Origin: Pseudomonadota bacterium
GTDB lineage: Bacteria > Bdellovibrionota > FAC87 > UBA2466
Direction of reading: 5' to 3'
Length of the DNA: 64,000 nucleotides
NCBI GenBank assembly: GCA_043767805.1
Contig: JAYUGC010000066.1
Span: forward strand, 1 to 64,000
In this document: piece after piece, positions 39,597 through 48,852 of the stretch
How positions within the stretch are numbered: the first letter of the stretch is position 1
How the letters are laid out: the number at the start of each line of letters is the position of its first letter
Program-made: the position numbers and the translations under genes
The notes under the pieces: generated by a model
Seen by the model: only the letters and a program-made list of their open reading frames with translations
What the model was told of the DNA's origin: nothing
Database searches by the model: none

Positions 39597-40288
39597 GTTT
39601 TTCGCTTCTGTGCACGGCGTGCGGAGCGCCGAGCGGTCCGGCCGTCGGAGTTTGTCCCTTCTGTAAAGCGGTTCAGTCTTCTCAAAAAGGGGAAGAGAAT
39701 CCGACTCTCAAGCGCATCCGCCAGCTCTTCGAAGACGGTTATCTCGAGGACGCGCTCATCAACGCGGCCTCCGCGGAAAAAGAAAACGCGAAGCTCGCCT
39801 CCGATCTCGGTTTTCTTCTGACCTACGCGAAAATTCTCCTCGAGGCCGAAGGGCCGTCGAGCAAGATCCGATCGCTATTGACCAAAGCGAGTTTGCTGAA
39901 GCCCGACATGCCGGAAATCAGCGAGTATCTGGAGCTCATCGAGGCCAAAAGCCGGCTGAACCGCGAGCCAAATGATTTTGGCGAGCAGAATTTACGCCGC
40001 ATCCTCGGGCACGCCCCGAAGAATGCTCATGTACTCTTTACTCTGGCGAGTCACCTCTTTTGGGTCGAGAGCAAGCCGGACGAAGCCGTGCCGCTCCTCC
40101 AAAAATGCGTCGACTATCGCCCCACTTTCTTACGCGCCTGGGCCTGTCTCGCCGCGATTCACGCGAAGCGCGGCGATGTGGCTCCTGCTCAGCAAGCGCT
40201 CCATAAGTGTCTCGCGCTGGAGAAAAATCCGGCGATGTATGCCTACTTCGAAAAGCTTCTAACCCAGACCATCGCCCGCGCCGCCTAA
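39593..40288 (+). CDS. Zinc-ribbon plus TPR protein
   Basis: CTACGAP...CPFC then TPR-like helices; ATGA overlap with SPFH gene. Confidence 0.8.
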   Translation: MSFSLLCTACGAPSGPAVGVCPFCKAVQSSQKGEENPTLKRIRQLFEDGYLEDALINAASAEKENAKLASDLGFLLTYAKILLEAEGPSSKIRSLLTKASLLKPDMPEISEYLELIEAKSRLNREPNDFGEQNLRRILGHAPKNAHVLFTLASHLFWVESKPDEAVPLLQKCVDYRPTFLRAWACLAAIHAKRGDVAPAQQALHKCLALEKNPAMYAYFEKLLTQTIARAA

Positions 40289-40293
40289 AGCCA

Positions 40294-40462
40294 TTCGATC
40301 CGGGGCGGTTGCTGGTTGCTGGACCGAGGTAATCCATTAGTTCTCTCCCTTGCGGACTGCTCGTTAGCGGCAGTCCAATCTCAATAAGGAGTCCGTGAGG
40401 CTAAGATCAAAATAGTCTACCTCGGTCCAGCTTCCAGCAACCAGTGACCGGGCCGGATCGGA
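40294..40462. ncRNA. Unidentified ~170-nt rod-like structured RNA candidate (6S-like architecture)
   Basis: 40294-40303 pairs 40453-40462; 40306-40317 pairs 40439-40450; 40318-40331 pairs 40418-40431 perfectly; inner stem 40348-40358/40390-40400; fills the gap between convergent genes. Confidence 0.5.
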
Positions 40463-40486
40463 CGCGCGAAGCGCGGGTTCCCTGCC

Positions 40487-41341
40487 TTATCCCTTCCGAA
40501 GGCCTTTGTCGGCGTATTGATACTCGAGGAAGCGGCGCAAGATTCCTTGTTCCACTTTTCCTTTTTGGCGGGCGGGGACGCAGACGCGGGCGATGAGCTC
40601 GATTTGTCCCGGCTTCGGAATCGTGATCGTCACGCGGGCTTCGGTCGACGGCGTATCGAGCCCTCTTTTGCGGCCTAGCAGCTCGAAGTGCTCGCGCGCC
40701 TTTTGGGCGAACGGCTGGCAAATTTCCACGCAAGAGCTCATCAGCCAGGTCTCGGCCGTCCGCCAGTCGTAACTCGTCTCGAGTGGAACGGTGAAGACAT
40801 GGAGCACATAATGGTCCGTGTAGCTTTCATTTACTAGCGGCTTGAGCAGGAAGAGCGAGTTAGGAACCGAGATGGCTCGTCCCGTATATCCATGGGTCAT
40901 ATGCCCCGGCCCGATCTCCAAAACGGTGGTGGTAAAGGCGTTCTGATCGATGACGTCCCCCCGAATGCCTTCGATTTCGATCCGGTCTCCGATGGAGAAG
41001 GACTGCGACAAAGTCTTTACGAACGTTCCGCCGAGACAGGCCAGCGGATCGCGCACCGCCAAGACCACGGCGGCGGCGATGGCGACGATGGAGAGCGCCA
41101 TCGATCTCAGCTGGGTCGCCCAGATAATGGTCACCCCGAAGAGAAAGAGCACGGCCCAGACGTTCCTCAAGGTGACCATGAGCCAGCGCTGGGTGTCGCG
41201 GTTGGCAAACTTCAAATTGCGCACCAGGCGATTGCCGATAAATCTCAAGGCGAAGACCAAAATGACGAAGGCGATGGAGGCGAACAGCTTTTGAAACACG
41301 TCCGCCCGGTGGATAAGCGCAATGAGAGTTTGCGAGGTCAT
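40487..41341 (-). CDS. MscS-family mechanosensitive channel
   Basis: Three TM segments, FSIGDRIEIEGIRGDVID, VPNSLFL. Confidence 0.9.
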   Translation of the reverse strand: MTSQTLIALIHRADVFQKLFASIAFVILVFALRFIGNRLVRNLKFANRDTQRWLMVTLRNVWAVLFLFGVTIIWATQLRSMALSIVAIAAAVVLAVRDPLACLGGTFVKTLSQSFSIGDRIEIEGIRGDVIDQNAFTTTVLEIGPGHMTHGYTGRAISVPNSLFLLKPLVNESYTDHYVLHVFTVPLETSYDWRTAETWLMSSCVEICQPFAQKAREHFELLGRKRGLDTPSTEARVTITIPKPGQIELIARVCVPARQKGKVEQGILRRFLEYQYADKGLRKG

Positions 41342-41479
41342 GGCTCATTCTACCTAAAAAAAAGGGCCCTCGCCTGCCGCGGATATTGCCAAGCCGTCCC
41401 CCGCCCCTTATTCAGACATAGTACGTGAGCTTCGAGCGTCCCATTATTCCCCCAAATTTCCGCCACCAAAGGTCGAGAT

Positions 41480-43537
41480 ATGCGCATAGCTTTCGTCTTT
41501 AACAAGCAAAGGACCAAGTCCGTCGCCGAAGCCGAGTTCGACACGGCGGAGACCATCGAGGCGATTCATAACGCCTTGGGCTCCACCGGGCACGAAGTGG
41601 TCGACGTGGAAATGACCACGGACGCCACCTGGGTGGAACGGCTGCTCCGAGTCAAACCGGATCTCATCTTCAATACCGCGGAAGGCTATCGCGGCGTCGG
41701 CCGAGAGAGTTTGGGGCCGGTCCTCTTCGAGCAATCCGGCCTGACGTACGTCGGATCGGGCCCCTACGCCTGTTTTCTGACCCTGGATAAATTTTTGACT
41801 AAGCAAATGGTCTCCCAGCGCGGGGTTCCCGTCTCCGAAGGCCACTTCGTCACGAGCGAGGACGAGCTCAAGACGGTAGCCATGGAAATGGTCTATCCCG
41901 CGTTCGTTAAGCCCAACTACGAAGGTTCCTCGAAGGGCATCACCAAGCAGAGCATCTGCCGCACGCCCAAGGATCTTCTCGCCTACGGCAAGAAATGCCT
42001 TTCCGAGTTCCCCGAAGGCCTCCTCATCGAGCGCTTCATTCCGGGTAAGGACGTCACCGTGTCCTATATCGCGGGCCTGGGCGATGAAGGCGTGCTGGAG
42101 CCCGTCGAGTACACCCAGATGGAAAAGCAGGACGGCGACTGGGTTTACGACTACGAGCTAAAAAACATCTCGGACGAGAAAGTCGGCATCCGCTGCCCGG
42201 CGCAGCTTCACCCCTTCACCCGCATTCAGATTATCGAAAAGATGAAACGTTGCGTTAGCGCGCTCGGCGTCGTCGACATGGGCCGCGCCGATTTCCGGGT
42301 CACGCCGGAAGGCGACGTCTACTTCATCGAGTTCAACGCCCTGCCCTCGCTCCAACCCGGCGCCGGAGTGTTCGAAGCGACGAAACTCTTGGGACTCAGC
42401 TACAACCAAACGTTATCGCGCATCCTGGAAACCTCTCTCTCCCGGCAAAAGTTGCAGGGCCCGGTGAACCGGCCTTCCCGCAAAATGACGGTGAAGTCGC
42501 CGCTGGTCGCGGTGGTCTACAACTTGCGCCGCAAGAACAAGGAAGAGGACGGCTACGAAGACGAGGCGGAGTTTGATTCCCAAACGACGGTGGACGCCAT
42601 CTGCACGAGCATCCGCACGCTCAACTATAAAGCCATTCCCATCGAAGCGACACGCCAGCTCGCCGAACAGCTCAAAGAAGCCCACGTCGACATCGTTTTC
42701 AACATCGCGGAAGGCCGCGCGAAGAAAGCGCGCGAAGCGCAAGTACCAGCCATCTGCGATCTCTTGGGAATCGAGCACACCGGAAGCGACGTGCCTTGTC
42801 TCGCGCTGACTCTCGACAAAGCGATGACGAAAAAGATCGTCATGTCGGAAGGCATCCTCACCCCCCGGTACGCCATCTTGAACCGGCCTCCCAAACGCAT
42901 CGAGCTGGGTCTCAAATTTCCGATCATCGTGAAGCCGAACCAGGAAGGCACGTCGAAGGGCATTTACGAAAAGTCGGTCGTCTCCACCTCCGAAGAGCTC
43001 CTCGCTTCCATTCAGGCGCTCTGGACCAAGTTCCAAACACCGGTGCTCTGTGAGGAGTACATCGAAGGCCGCGAGTTCACCATCGGGGTTCTGGGGAGAA
43101 ATGCGCTAAAGACCGTTGGCCCCATGGAAATCGCCTTCAAGCCCCGTCCGACGACCGCCTATCCGGTGTACTCCTTCGAAGCGAAGATGAGCGAGAATCC
43201 CATCGACAATGAGTTCTGCCAGCTGATTTGCCCTCCGGAGCTCGATCCGACGCTCCTTCGCCGTATCAACGCCTTCGCGAGAAAGACGTTCAAGATTCTC
43301 GGCTGCCGGGACATCGCACGCATCGATTTCCGCGTCGATAAAACGGGACAAATCTACTTCATCGAGGTCAACCCGCTACCGGGTCTTTCGCCCGGTTTCA
43401 GCGACCTGGTCATCATGGCTGACAAATCCGGATGGAAGTACGATGATCTCATCAAAGGAATTTTGAATCCGGCGGTACTCAGGTGGCGCAGCACCTACAC
43501 GCACAGGAATCCCGATAGGGAGAACACGGGTGGCTAG
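41480..43537 (+). CDS. Tandem two-domain D-Ala-D-Ala ligase-like ATP-grasp protein
   Basis: Two complete copies: FVKPNYEGSSKGI...RADFR...IEFNALPSL and IVKPNQEGTSKGI...RIDFR...IEVNPLPGL. Confidence 0.9.
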   Translation: MRIAFVFNKQRTKSVAEAEFDTAETIEAIHNALGSTGHEVVDVEMTTDATWVERLLRVKPDLIFNTAEGYRGVGRESLGPVLFEQSGLTYVGSGPYACFLTLDKFLTKQMVSQRGVPVSEGHFVTSEDELKTVAMEMVYPAFVKPNYEGSSKGITKQSICRTPKDLLAYGKKCLSEFPEGLLIERFIPGKDVTVSYIAGLGDEGVLEPVEYTQMEKQDGDWVYDYELKNISDEKVGIRCPAQLHPFTRIQIIEKMKRCVSALGVVDMGRADFRVTPEGDVYFIEFNALPSLQPGAGVFEATKLLGLSYNQTLSRILETSLSRQKLQGPVNRPSRKMTVKSPLVAVVYNLRRKNKEEDGYEDEAEFDSQTTVDAICTSIRTLNYKAIPIEATRQLAEQLKEAHVDIVFNIAEGRAKKAREAQVPAICDLLGIEHTGSDVPCLALTLDKAMTKKIVMSEGILTPRYAILNRPPKRIELGLKFPIIVKPNQEGTSKGIYEKSVVSTSEELLASIQALWTKFQTPVLCEEYIEGREFTIGVLGRNALKTVGPMEIAFKPRPTTAYPVYSFEAKMSENPIDNEFCQLICPPELDPTLLRRINAFARKTFKILGCRDIARIDFRVDKTGQIYFIEVNPLPGLSPGFSDLVIMADKSGWKYDDLIKGILNPAVLRWRSTYTHRNPDRENTGG

Positions 43538-44744
43538 TCTTTTCCAAAAATACTCGGAAGCCGCTCAGCAGAGAAAGCGACTGAGACAGCTGGGCATTAC
43601 GCTCGGCCACTACGAGACCGGGCCGTTCAACGCCATCACGGACGTCGCCGGAGTCAAAGTGGGCCACGCCACCCTCATCGAAGGATCCGGCCGCCGCAAG
43701 CCCGGCAAAGGCCCCATCCGCACCGGCGTCACCATGATCATGCCGAGCGACGATATTTTTGAAAGAAAGCTCGTGGCGAGCGGTTTCATTTTAAATGGCG
43801 CGGGAGAAGTCGCTGGCCTCACCCAGCTGATGGAATGGGGGCTCATCGAAACCCCCATCGCGCTCACCAACACGCTTTCGGTCGGCCGTGTCGGCGACAG
43901 CATCGTAAAATGGATGGCCCAGCGCTACGGCCAGAGCCGCATTCAGGCGGAAGTGGTTATCCCCGTGGTCGGCGAGTGCGACGATAGTTTCTTGAACGAT
44001 GCCGTCGGACTCCACATCCGTCCGCAGGACGTGTTCGCGGCCATCGAGAGCGCGACGAGCGGTCCGGTGAGCGAGGGCTGCGTCGGTGCGGGCACCGGCA
44101 TGATTTGCTGCGATTTCAAAGGGGGGATCGGAACCGCGAGCCGGGTCATCCCCATGGGGCTTCAGAAAGAGAAGCACACCATCGGCGTGCTGGTCCTCTC
44201 CAACTTCGGTCGCATGGAAGATTTGCGAGTGGACGGCTATCCGGTGGGCCGCGTGCTCTCTCGCGTGCAAGGCGAATACTCCCGCCGGCGGTTCAATTAC
44301 GGGTCCATCATCGTGGTCATCGCGACTGACCTGCCCGTAACGCCGCTGCAACTGGGACGTATTTGCAAGCGCTCGGCCTTAGGGATCGGCCGCGTGGGAA
44401 CCTATGCCGCTCACGGGAGCGGAGAGATCATTCTGGGCTTCTCGACGGCGAACACCATTCCGAGCATTTCGACGCCGAAATTCTCCATGACGGTCATCAA
44501 CGATCCGTTTCTCGATCCCGCGTACGAGGCGGTCATCGAAGCGACGGAAGAAGCGATTCTCAATTCGCTTTGCGCCGCGGTCGATACCGACGGCGTCGGT
44601 GGCCACCGTGTGCCGGCCATCGACATCGAGATGCTGAAAAATCTTTTCTCCCATTACAACGCGACGAACGATTACTCGACGCTTCCCGGTAACTTCGCGC
44701 CTCGCTCGCCCGCGCCTCCCGAGCCCGATCCCATCGACAACTAA
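43530..44744 (+). CDS. DmpA/P1-family aminopeptidase (peptidase S58)
   Basis: NAITDVAGVKVGH, RTGVT, PVVGECDD, GAGTGM, KGGIGTASR, GSIIVVIATD autocleavage site, EATEEAI. Confidence 0.92.
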   Translation: MASLFQKYSEAAQQRKRLRQLGITLGHYETGPFNAITDVAGVKVGHATLIEGSGRRKPGKGPIRTGVTMIMPSDDIFERKLVASGFILNGAGEVAGLTQLMEWGLIETPIALTNTLSVGRVGDSIVKWMAQRYGQSRIQAEVVIPVVGECDDSFLNDAVGLHIRPQDVFAAIESATSGPVSEGCVGAGTGMICCDFKGGIGTASRVIPMGLQKEKHTIGVLVLSNFGRMEDLRVDGYPVGRVLSRVQGEYSRRRFNYGSIIVVIATDLPVTPLQLGRICKRSALGIGRVGTYAAHGSGEIILGFSTANTIPSISTPKFSMTVINDPFLDPAYEAVIEATEEAILNSLCAAVDTDGVGGHRVPAIDIEMLKNLFSHYNATNDYSTLPGNFAPRSPAPPEPDPIDN

Positions 44745-44858
44745 TATTGCGGGGCGTTACGGTAAACTACCGAAATTCTTGATAGACCGCCCCATTGCCT
44801 CCCCCTATAATCGGAAACTAATTCAGTACAGCCTGTACTAGCTTAGAAAGGACCCGAC

Positions 44859-45155
44859 ATGAAATTCTGGATGCTCATGCTCTGTGCGATCACCCTCTTC
44901 ACGGCGAGCCTCGCGAAAGCGGAAGACGAAGCCGCGGGAACCGACACGGTCACTACGACCGATACGACGACGACCGATTCCTCCACGACGGAATCGAAGG
45001 GCGGCCACAAGAAGCACGCTCGTAAGCACAAGTCCAAGATGACGAAGAAATCCAAGAAGGCGAAGAGAGCCCACAAAGCGGCGGAGCCCGTTGCGGCCCC
45101 CGAAGCGGCGACTCCCCCGGCTGAAGGCGAAATGCCGGCCGAAGGCGCGAACTAA
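44859..45155 (+). CDS. Small secreted low-complexity protein (Thr/acidic plus Lys/His-rich)
   Basis: RBS, signal peptide ending AKA, HKKHARKHKSKMTKKSKK. Confidence 0.75.
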   Translation: MKFWMLMLCAITLFTASLAKAEDEAAGTDTVTTTDTTTTDSSTTESKGGHKKHARKHKSKMTKKSKKAKRAHKAAEPVAAPEAATPPAEGEMPAEGAN

Positions 45156-45165
45156 AAGTTCGGTG

Positions 45166-45202
45166 AGGGTACCCGGCTCCGCGCCGGGTACCCTACCTCT
45201 TT
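45166..45202 (+). terminator. Intrinsic terminator hairpin between convergent genes
   Basis: 12-bp stem agggtacccggc/gccgggtaccct with 5-nt loop, followed by ctctttt. Confidence 0.75.
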
Positions 45203-45732
45203 TACCGAATCAGAAACGTTTCCTCGTAGCGCACGCGCGACTCGCGCACGAGCTGCATCGCCTCTTCCTTGCCGCCGGTTCCCGTCACTTCCCCTTCCCA
45301 GCCCGATTGCTTCATTTCCTCTTCGAGAAACGAGCGAACCTGAGCCAGGCGGTACTGCGGGTATTGCGCGAGAGTTTCGTACTCGGCGACATCTCTATCG
45401 TCGCAATGAACGCACACGAGTCTCGTGTCGACCACGCCGCGCCACAGACATTTGAACAGGCCGATGGGACGCACCCGCGCGAGCGTGAGGCTCGGCAACG
45501 AGCGCTCGCCCAAGATGAGCGCTTCGAGCGGAGTTTTCTCGGGCGTCGCGGTTTTCGGCAGAATGCCGCAGTTGCCGGGATACGTCGTATCCTCGGAGAG
45601 CAGCGCCGCGACTTTCAACAAGCCCGACTCTTTGTCGAGCACGTACCGGATCGACGAGTCCTTCGGCATCGTGATGACGGCCGGAAAGAAGGACGCATCA
45701 GCGGGCCAATCGACTGAGTGCCACGGATTCAT
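45202..45732 (-). CDS. Family I inorganic pyrophosphatase homologue with degenerate active site
   Basis: MNPWH, LDKESGLL, YPGNCG, RPIG fold markers, but the DGDPxD motif reads EKTPLE; RBS aggagg. Confidence 0.75.
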   Translation of the reverse strand: MNPWHSVDWPADASFFPAVITMPKDSSIRYVLDKESGLLKVAALLSEDTTYPGNCGILPKTATPEKTPLEALILGERSLPSLTLARVRPIGLFKCLWRGVVDTRLVCVHCDDRDVAEYETLAQYPQYRLAQVRSFLEEEMKQSGWEGEVTGTGGKEEAMQLVRESRVRYEETFLIR

Positions 45733-45766
45733 AACGCCTCCTTTTAGGTTGAGGAACGTAACTAAA

Positions 45767-45994
45767 TCAATCTTCCACCGGCGGGGGCTGGTCCACCTGC
45801 TGCTGCTGAGTTTCGTCATCGCGAATATCGCCGTCCATGGCCGGCGGCGGGGGAAACTCGCCACCCGTGTCGGCTTCGTACTCCTCGTCTTCGGCGACAC
45901 GCATCGGAGGCTCACTCAAAATGTCGGCGCGCGCGGAACGAACCACCGCGAAGAAGGCGAGCCAGATCGCCAGGCCTAAAGACAACTTTTTCAT
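45767..45994 (-). CDS. Small secreted acidic/Pro-rich protein
   Basis: Signal peptide MKKLSLGLAIWLAFFAVVRSARA; directly upstream of the PPase homologue. Confidence 0.65.
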   Translation of the reverse strand: MKKLSLGLAIWLAFFAVVRSARADILSEPPMRVAEDEEYEADTGGEFPPPPAMDGDIRDDETQQQQVDQPPPVED

Positions 45995-46230
45995 AAGTGA
46001 CCTCGAATTGGACGGAGACTTCAGTAGCTGGGAAGACAGCTTCATTATGCCACTAACCGGCGAGACGGGGAAGTCACCCTGGCCGCGTAGTGGTGCCTTC
46101 TCGGCCCCAAAAAAGCCGTTTAAGCCGGCCCTTTTCCTCAATGCCTACACAATTGCGGCACGCCGATCGGGTCAAATAGTGAGACTGAGGATCCAAGACG
46201 GGATCCTCTCGAAGTCTCACGGAGGGGAAC

Positions 46231-46875
46231 GTGCCGCTACTTAGCTGCCTCGCTTTGCTTTTTATTTCCACGCTGGCTTTTGCCGAAGCGCCCCAACGCC
46301 TCGCGAAAATCCGTCCACCGCTCTGGGACGTGTCGCCCCGTTTGATGCTCGGCTTCAATTTTTCCTACGGCGCCGCCGATCCCGGCTCTCCGGGCTCGAC
46401 TCGCAATGCGCCGTCGTTTCTGGCGTCGGTCGATCTTCCACTCGGAAACGGCTGGTACTTTTCTCCGGGCATGGGCCTACTCGCTCGCGGGGTGCAGACC
46501 ACGGTGTACACCTTGGGCACCTTGGATTTAAAGGGTAGCGTGCAGCTCGATTACGTCGAGCTTCCGCTTCTGCTGAAAAAATCCTTCGCAAGTCACGTGC
46601 GCGGCATGCGCTATACGTTTTTCGGCGGCCCCGCCATGGCGCTCGCCATCCAGCGTGAGGTCGAGCTGCTAGGCGCCGTGAACCTCGACATCTCCGATCG
46701 CTTTTTCGCGAGCGATACGCTTTTCTACATGGGCGCGGGGATTGAGTATAAAGGACCGAAGGGACCTGGGATCGTGGCGGAGCTCAGGTACGCGCTGGGG
46801 CTCGGCGACATCGATCGGACGGCGAATCAGTACCGCACGCGCGGGATTTTGTTTTTGCTGGGACTCAGCTTTTAG
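46231..46875 (+). CDS. Outer-membrane beta-barrel protein (PorT-like 8-stranded)
   Basis: Signal peptide; LDYVELPLLLK, ELRYALGL; C-terminal GLSF. Confidence 0.8.
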   Translation: MPLLSCLALLFISTLAFAEAPQRLAKIRPPLWDVSPRLMLGFNFSYGAADPGSPGSTRNAPSFLASVDLPLGNGWYFSPGMGLLARGVQTTVYTLGTLDLKGSVQLDYVELPLLLKKSFASHVRGMRYTFFGGPAMALAIQREVELLGAVNLDISDRFFASDTLFYMGAGIEYKGPKGPGIVAELRYALGLGDIDRTANQYRTRGILFLLGLSF

Positions 46876-47690
46876 TCAGCGAGGGAGAGATCGCAAAAGA
46901 GACCTTCGGCAACCCAAGCCTGAAACCAAAGGCTTAGTTTCCCGGGATCGTCCACGAGTCCTTCAATGGCAGCGCAAGCCGACCCGAGAGTCTCGCCGCG
47001 GGAAAGATTTTCCAAGAGACGGAACGCGCCGAGCTCCAGACTCTCGACTCGCATGCCGCCGGAGAGCAGCCGGCGAGCGCAAAGCCACTGCTTGCGCGGC
47101 TTTTTCGGAAACGTAAGGCGTTGCGATCCTAAACGATGGCGCCACAGCCCCAAGATGGGCCAGGCCGATTCCACGAGCCGCACTGAAGGCGCGAGCTCCA
47201 AGCGAACTTGAGTGCCCTCTTCTCCCGCGAGTAACTGCAACCGCTCCGGCGCGAGAGCGCGGGACTGCCCCGCGAAAAAAGCCTCGAGATACCAGCGCTC
47301 GAAACGGGCGAGCTCTCCGAGCCAAGGGTTATCCCGGCAAAGCTCCAGGGATTGCACGAACTCGGGGAACGCCCTACCCGCGACCATAATGTCGGGAGAC
47401 TGCGAAGGATGCCTTTCGAAATACAGGCGCACTAGATCGGAAAACGTCTCGTAGTCCTCAAGCCAAGTGACGGACTTCCCCGTGGCCTCATAGTCATCGG
47501 AGACGCTTTCCAAAAGACGCCAGAAGTAGCCGTTCGCGTAGATCGCCACTCGATCCGCGCGCGCGATGGGCGGCTGATCCACGATGTGCGGATGCGCGGC
47601 CCAAACCGCCGGATCCGTACCGGTGAAAGCTTCACGGAGCGATTGCTGAAGCTCGGCTAGACTGGGCACCCGCCCTCGGGTCGCATCCAA
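46872..47690 (-). CDS. DUF2063-family MNIO partner protein (BufC/HvfC-like)
   Basis: RVAIYANGYFWRLLE, YFERHPS, ELARFER, LAPSVRL; follows the DUF692 gene. Confidence 0.85.
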   Translation of the reverse strand: MDATRGRVPSLAELQQSLREAFTGTDPAVWAAHPHIVDQPPIARADRVAIYANGYFWRLLESVSDDYEATGKSVTWLEDYETFSDLVRLYFERHPSQSPDIMVAGRAFPEFVQSLELCRDNPWLGELARFERWYLEAFFAGQSRALAPERLQLLAGEEGTQVRLELAPSVRLVESAWPILGLWRHRLGSQRLTFPKKPRKQWLCARRLLSGGMRVESLELGAFRLLENLSRGETLGSACAAIEGLVDDPGKLSLWFQAWVAEGLFCDLSLAD

Positions 47691-48543
47691 GAAATTCCTC
47701 CCGGAAAAACTCTGCCCGGGCCGCCTCTTCGGCTAGCCGGGGAAATTCAGGTAACTGATCGTCCCACTCGATCAGGGTCGGCACGTCCCCAAAAAGCCTG
47801 AGCGCCTGGCGGTACAGCTCCCAAACGGGATCCGATACCGGATGGTCGTGGGTATCAATGAGATGGGTACCCTTGTCCGAGTACCCCGCCAGATGAAACT
47901 GCCCCACGCGATCGGCCGGCACCGCGTTCAAGTAGGTCATCGGATCGAAACCATGGTTGCGGCTACTGACGTAAATATTATTCACGTCGAGCAGCAACCC
48001 GCAATCGGCCTCCTCGGCGACACGAGAGAGGAACTCCCACTCCTCCATTTCGGAATGAGTGAAGGTGAGATAGCTCGAGACATTTTCAACCAGGATGCGG
48101 CGGCCGAGAAAATCCTGGACCTGGCCGATGCGGCTCACCACGTGCTTAAGCGCTTCTTCCGTATAAGGAAGCGGAAGTAAATCGTGCAGGTTCTGCCCTC
48201 CGACCCCCGTCCAGCAAAGGTGATCGGAAACCCACGCCGGCTCTACGCGGGCGATGAGCTCTTTCCAGCGCTTTAGATAATCGTCTCGAAACGGATCGAC
48301 CGATCCCAAGGAAAGCGAAACGCCATGAAGAACGATGGGGTAATGCTCGCGCACGGACTCCAGAATTTCGACGGGTCTTCCGAACTCCCGCGCGCCCAGC
48401 CCTAGAAAATTTTCGGTGATGACTTCGAACCAGCCCAGGTTGGGCCGGTTCTCGAGGACGAAGGGATAGTGAGGCGGACGGAGCCCCACGCCCACTCCGA
48501 AGGAGCGTGCCTGGTACCCGTCCGCCTCACCAAATCGATACAT
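47632..48543 (-). CDS. DUF692 multinuclear non-heme iron oxidase (MNIO, BufB/HvfB-like)
   Basis: GVGLRPPHY, HGVSLSLG, SDHLCW, ENVSSY, LLDVNNIYV, HLAG, IDTH, IEWD. Confidence 0.95.
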   Translation of the reverse strand: MYRFGEADGYQARSFGVGVGLRPPHYPFVLENRPNLGWFEVITENFLGLGAREFGRPVEILESVREHYPIVLHGVSLSLGSVDPFRDDYLKRWKELIARVEPAWVSDHLCWTGVGGQNLHDLLPLPYTEEALKHVVSRIGQVQDFLGRRILVENVSSYLTFTHSEMEEWEFLSRVAEEADCGLLLDVNNIYVSSRNHGFDPMTYLNAVPADRVGQFHLAGYSDKGTHLIDTHDHPVSDPVWELYRQALRLFGDVPTLIEWDDQLPEFPRLAEEAARAEFFREEFLGCDPRAGAQSSRASAIAP

Positions 48544-48564
48544 CAGAATCCTAGGGAGCGAGGC

Positions 48565-48852
48565 TTAGGCCTTTTCCCACTGGATCTTCACATTTTTGTC
48601 CTTGTTGTCGGCTTTGGCCTTCGTGCACTCGGCTTCCGTCATCTTCTTCCAGCCTTTGCCCTTGCAGCCGTTCTTGCCCGCGCAGTCGTGCGACTTGTCT
48701 TTCGCGCCACAGTCGCCCGTGGTTTTGCAGGAGTTCGCGCCCAAGCATTTGCCCTTGGCCGCGTCGTCCGCTTTCGCCGTGGAGGGGACGAGGATCGCCG
48801 CTCCGAGAATGCCCGTCATTGCTGCCGCCACGATGAGATTATTTTTCTTCAT
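48565..48852 (-). CDS. Secreted six-Cys MNIO precursor peptide (bufferin BufA2-like)
   Basis: Signal peptide; KCLGANSCKTTGDC...CAGKNGCKGKGW...EC; directly upstream of DUF692. Confidence 0.88.
   Translation of the reverse strand: MKKNNLIVAAAMTGILGAAILVPSTAKADDAAKGKCLGANSCKTTGDCGAKDKSHDCAGKNGCKGKGWKKMTEAECTKAKADNKDKNVKIQWEKA

Noticed and set aside
40038..40337. Minus-strand 99-aa ORF with an RBS buried in the structured RNA (type I toxin-like idea)
   Set aside because: Not hydrophobic, Arg-rich, and mostly antisense to the TPR gene
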